Shown here: in pieces, positions 54,897 to 55,857 of the stretch
How positions within the stretch are numbered: the first letter of the stretch is position 1
Layout of the letters: each line of letters opens with the position of its first letter
From: Ignavibacteria bacterium
GTDB taxonomy: Bacteria > Bacteroidota > Ignavibacteria > Ch128b
Reading direction: 5' to 3'
DNA: 55,857 nt
Assembly: GCA_049699815.1 (NCBI GenBank)
Contig: JBNAWO010000003.1
Coordinates: 1 to 55,857, forward strand
Program-made: the position numbers and the translations under genes
Notes under the pieces: model-generated
Database searches by the model: none
What the model saw: only the letters and a program-made list of their open reading frames with translations
Told to the model about the DNA's origin: nothing

Positions 54897-55857
54897 TGGA
54901 TAGAAAACAACTCGTACTTGGAATTGATATTGGAGGAACAAACACAAAATTTGGTTTGATTGATCAGGTTGGAAATGATTATTTGATGGGTTCAATTTCA
55001 ACTAACGCTGATCAACCCGCTGATAATCTTTTTAATCGTTTGTTTCAAGAATTCGACAAATTAAAAAAAGATTTGAAATTCGATTTTGATCTGGTGGGGA
55101 TAGGAATTGGCGCACCAAATGCGAATTACTACAAAAAGACAATTGAATATCCTCCTAACTTAAATTGGGGTTATGTTGAAGTAGAAAAGCTAATCAGAAA
55201 ATTTTATACTCAAACAATTGCTTTAACCAACGACGCAAACGCCGCCGCTCTGGGCGAAATGTATTATGGTGCTGCTAAAGGAATGAAAGATTTTATCGTT
55301 ATTACTCTGGGAACAGGACTTGGCAGTGGTGTCGTTGTAAATGGAAATCTTGTTTATGGTCACGATGGCTTTGCAGGTGAAATTGGTCATACAGTCTACG
55401 ATCCAGAAGGTAGATTATGTGGATGTGGGAAAAAAGGTTGTCTCGAAACTTATGCTTCAGCGCCCGGAATAAAAAGAACGGTTTTCGAACTTCTTGCCAG
55501 AACAAATTATCCAAGCATATTCCGAGAAATTAGTTTTGAACAATTAGACGCAAAGATGATTACAGATGCTGCTCTTAAAGGCGATCGAATAGCCCTTGAA
55601 GCTTTTGAATTCACCGCAAAAGTTCTTGGAATTAAATTAGCTGATGCCGTTGCTAATACTAGTCCGGAAGCAATAATCCTTTTTGGCGGACTTGCAAATG
55701 CAGGTGACTTACTATTAATCCCAACAAAAAAATATATGGAAGAATATTTATTTCATGTTTTTCGAAATAAAGTAAAACTTCTTAAATCAGAATTAAACGA
55801 AGGTAAATCAGCTGTCCTTGGTGCAGCTGCCTTAATCTGGCATGAGATTCTTAACAA
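54896..55857 (+). CDS. glk: ROK family glucokinase (3' end beyond the window)
   Basis: Not in the ORF track because there is no stop codon in the window. My translation gives [20 protein letters not shown]..., the ROK signature and the zinc motif GHTVYDPEGRLCGCGKKGCLE. The ATG overlaps the gluP stop (TAATG). Confidence 0.88.
   Translation, partial: MDRKQLVLGIDIGGTNTKFGLIDQVGNDYLMGSISTNADQPADNLFNRLFQEFDKLKKDLKFDFDLVGIGIGAPNANYYKKTIEYPPNLNWGYVEVEKLIRKFYTQTIALTNDANAAALGEMYYGAAKGMKDFIVITLGTGLGSGVVVNGNLVYGHDGFAGEIGHTVYDPEGRLCGCGKKGCLETYASAPGIKRTVFELLARTNYPSIFREISFEQLDAKMITDAALKGDRIALEAFEFTAKVLGIKLADAVANTSPEAIILFGGLANAGDLLLIPTKKYMEEYLFHVFRNKVKLLKSELNEGKSAVLGAAALIWHEILN

Noticed and set aside
1-55857. 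Search by eye for CRISPR arrays, tRNA/rRNA genes, integrases, transposases and prophage modules
   Set aside because: None was found. The intergenic regions are AT-rich and lack tRNA-like GC-rich stems, and the only periodic repeats are the short AAATGTTTT array and the hairpins reported above.

Overview
Low-GC chromosomal segment from a Gram-negative FCB-group bacterium. An Ignavibacteria/Chlorobi-like origin is inferred from the fused LpxC-FabZ gene and many T9SS C-terminal sorting domains. No rRNA, tRNA, CRISPR array, transposase or integrase was recognised. Left part (1-21.4 kb), mostly housekeeping: NAD salvage with pncB intact and pncA interrupted by an in-frame TAA; a tight four-gene operon of two Ddl-like ATP-grasp ligases, a GNAT and a lysine 2,3-aminomutase; a long envelope operon (uppS-bamA-skp-skp-lpxD-lpxC/fabZ-lpxA-lipoate ligase-like-panB); and fbaB, a methylmalonyl-CoA epimerase-like gene and an M16 peptidase pair. 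Centre (21.4-51.8 kb): a minus-strand polysaccharide-utilisation-like locus, predicted to target beta-glucan. It encodes GH16, GH3, GH5 and GH2 enzymes, a CotH-like protein, an SSS sugar symporter, a CarboxypepD_reg-type TonB-dependent receptor and a PorV-like barrel. Eight proteins in 20.4-47.4 kb carry T9SS sorting domains. The locus is headed by a three-gene sensor operon: membrane-anchored solute-binding protein, histidine kinase and sigma-54 (GAFTGA) response regulator. No SusD-like gene is present; the position after the receptor is taken by a 1040-aa T9SS cargo protein followed by the PorV-like barrel. Right end: a compact type II R-M pair (beta-class DPPY methyltransferase plus a 179-aa PD-ExK-like nuclease), then a glucose/galactose MFS transporter and a 3'-truncated ROK glucokinase. 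The strongest candidates for undescribed biology are the SusD-less receptor/giant cargo/PorV-like module and the beta-lysine/ATP-grasp/GNAT operon. All calls rest on reading the translations and DNA by eye; no database search was run.
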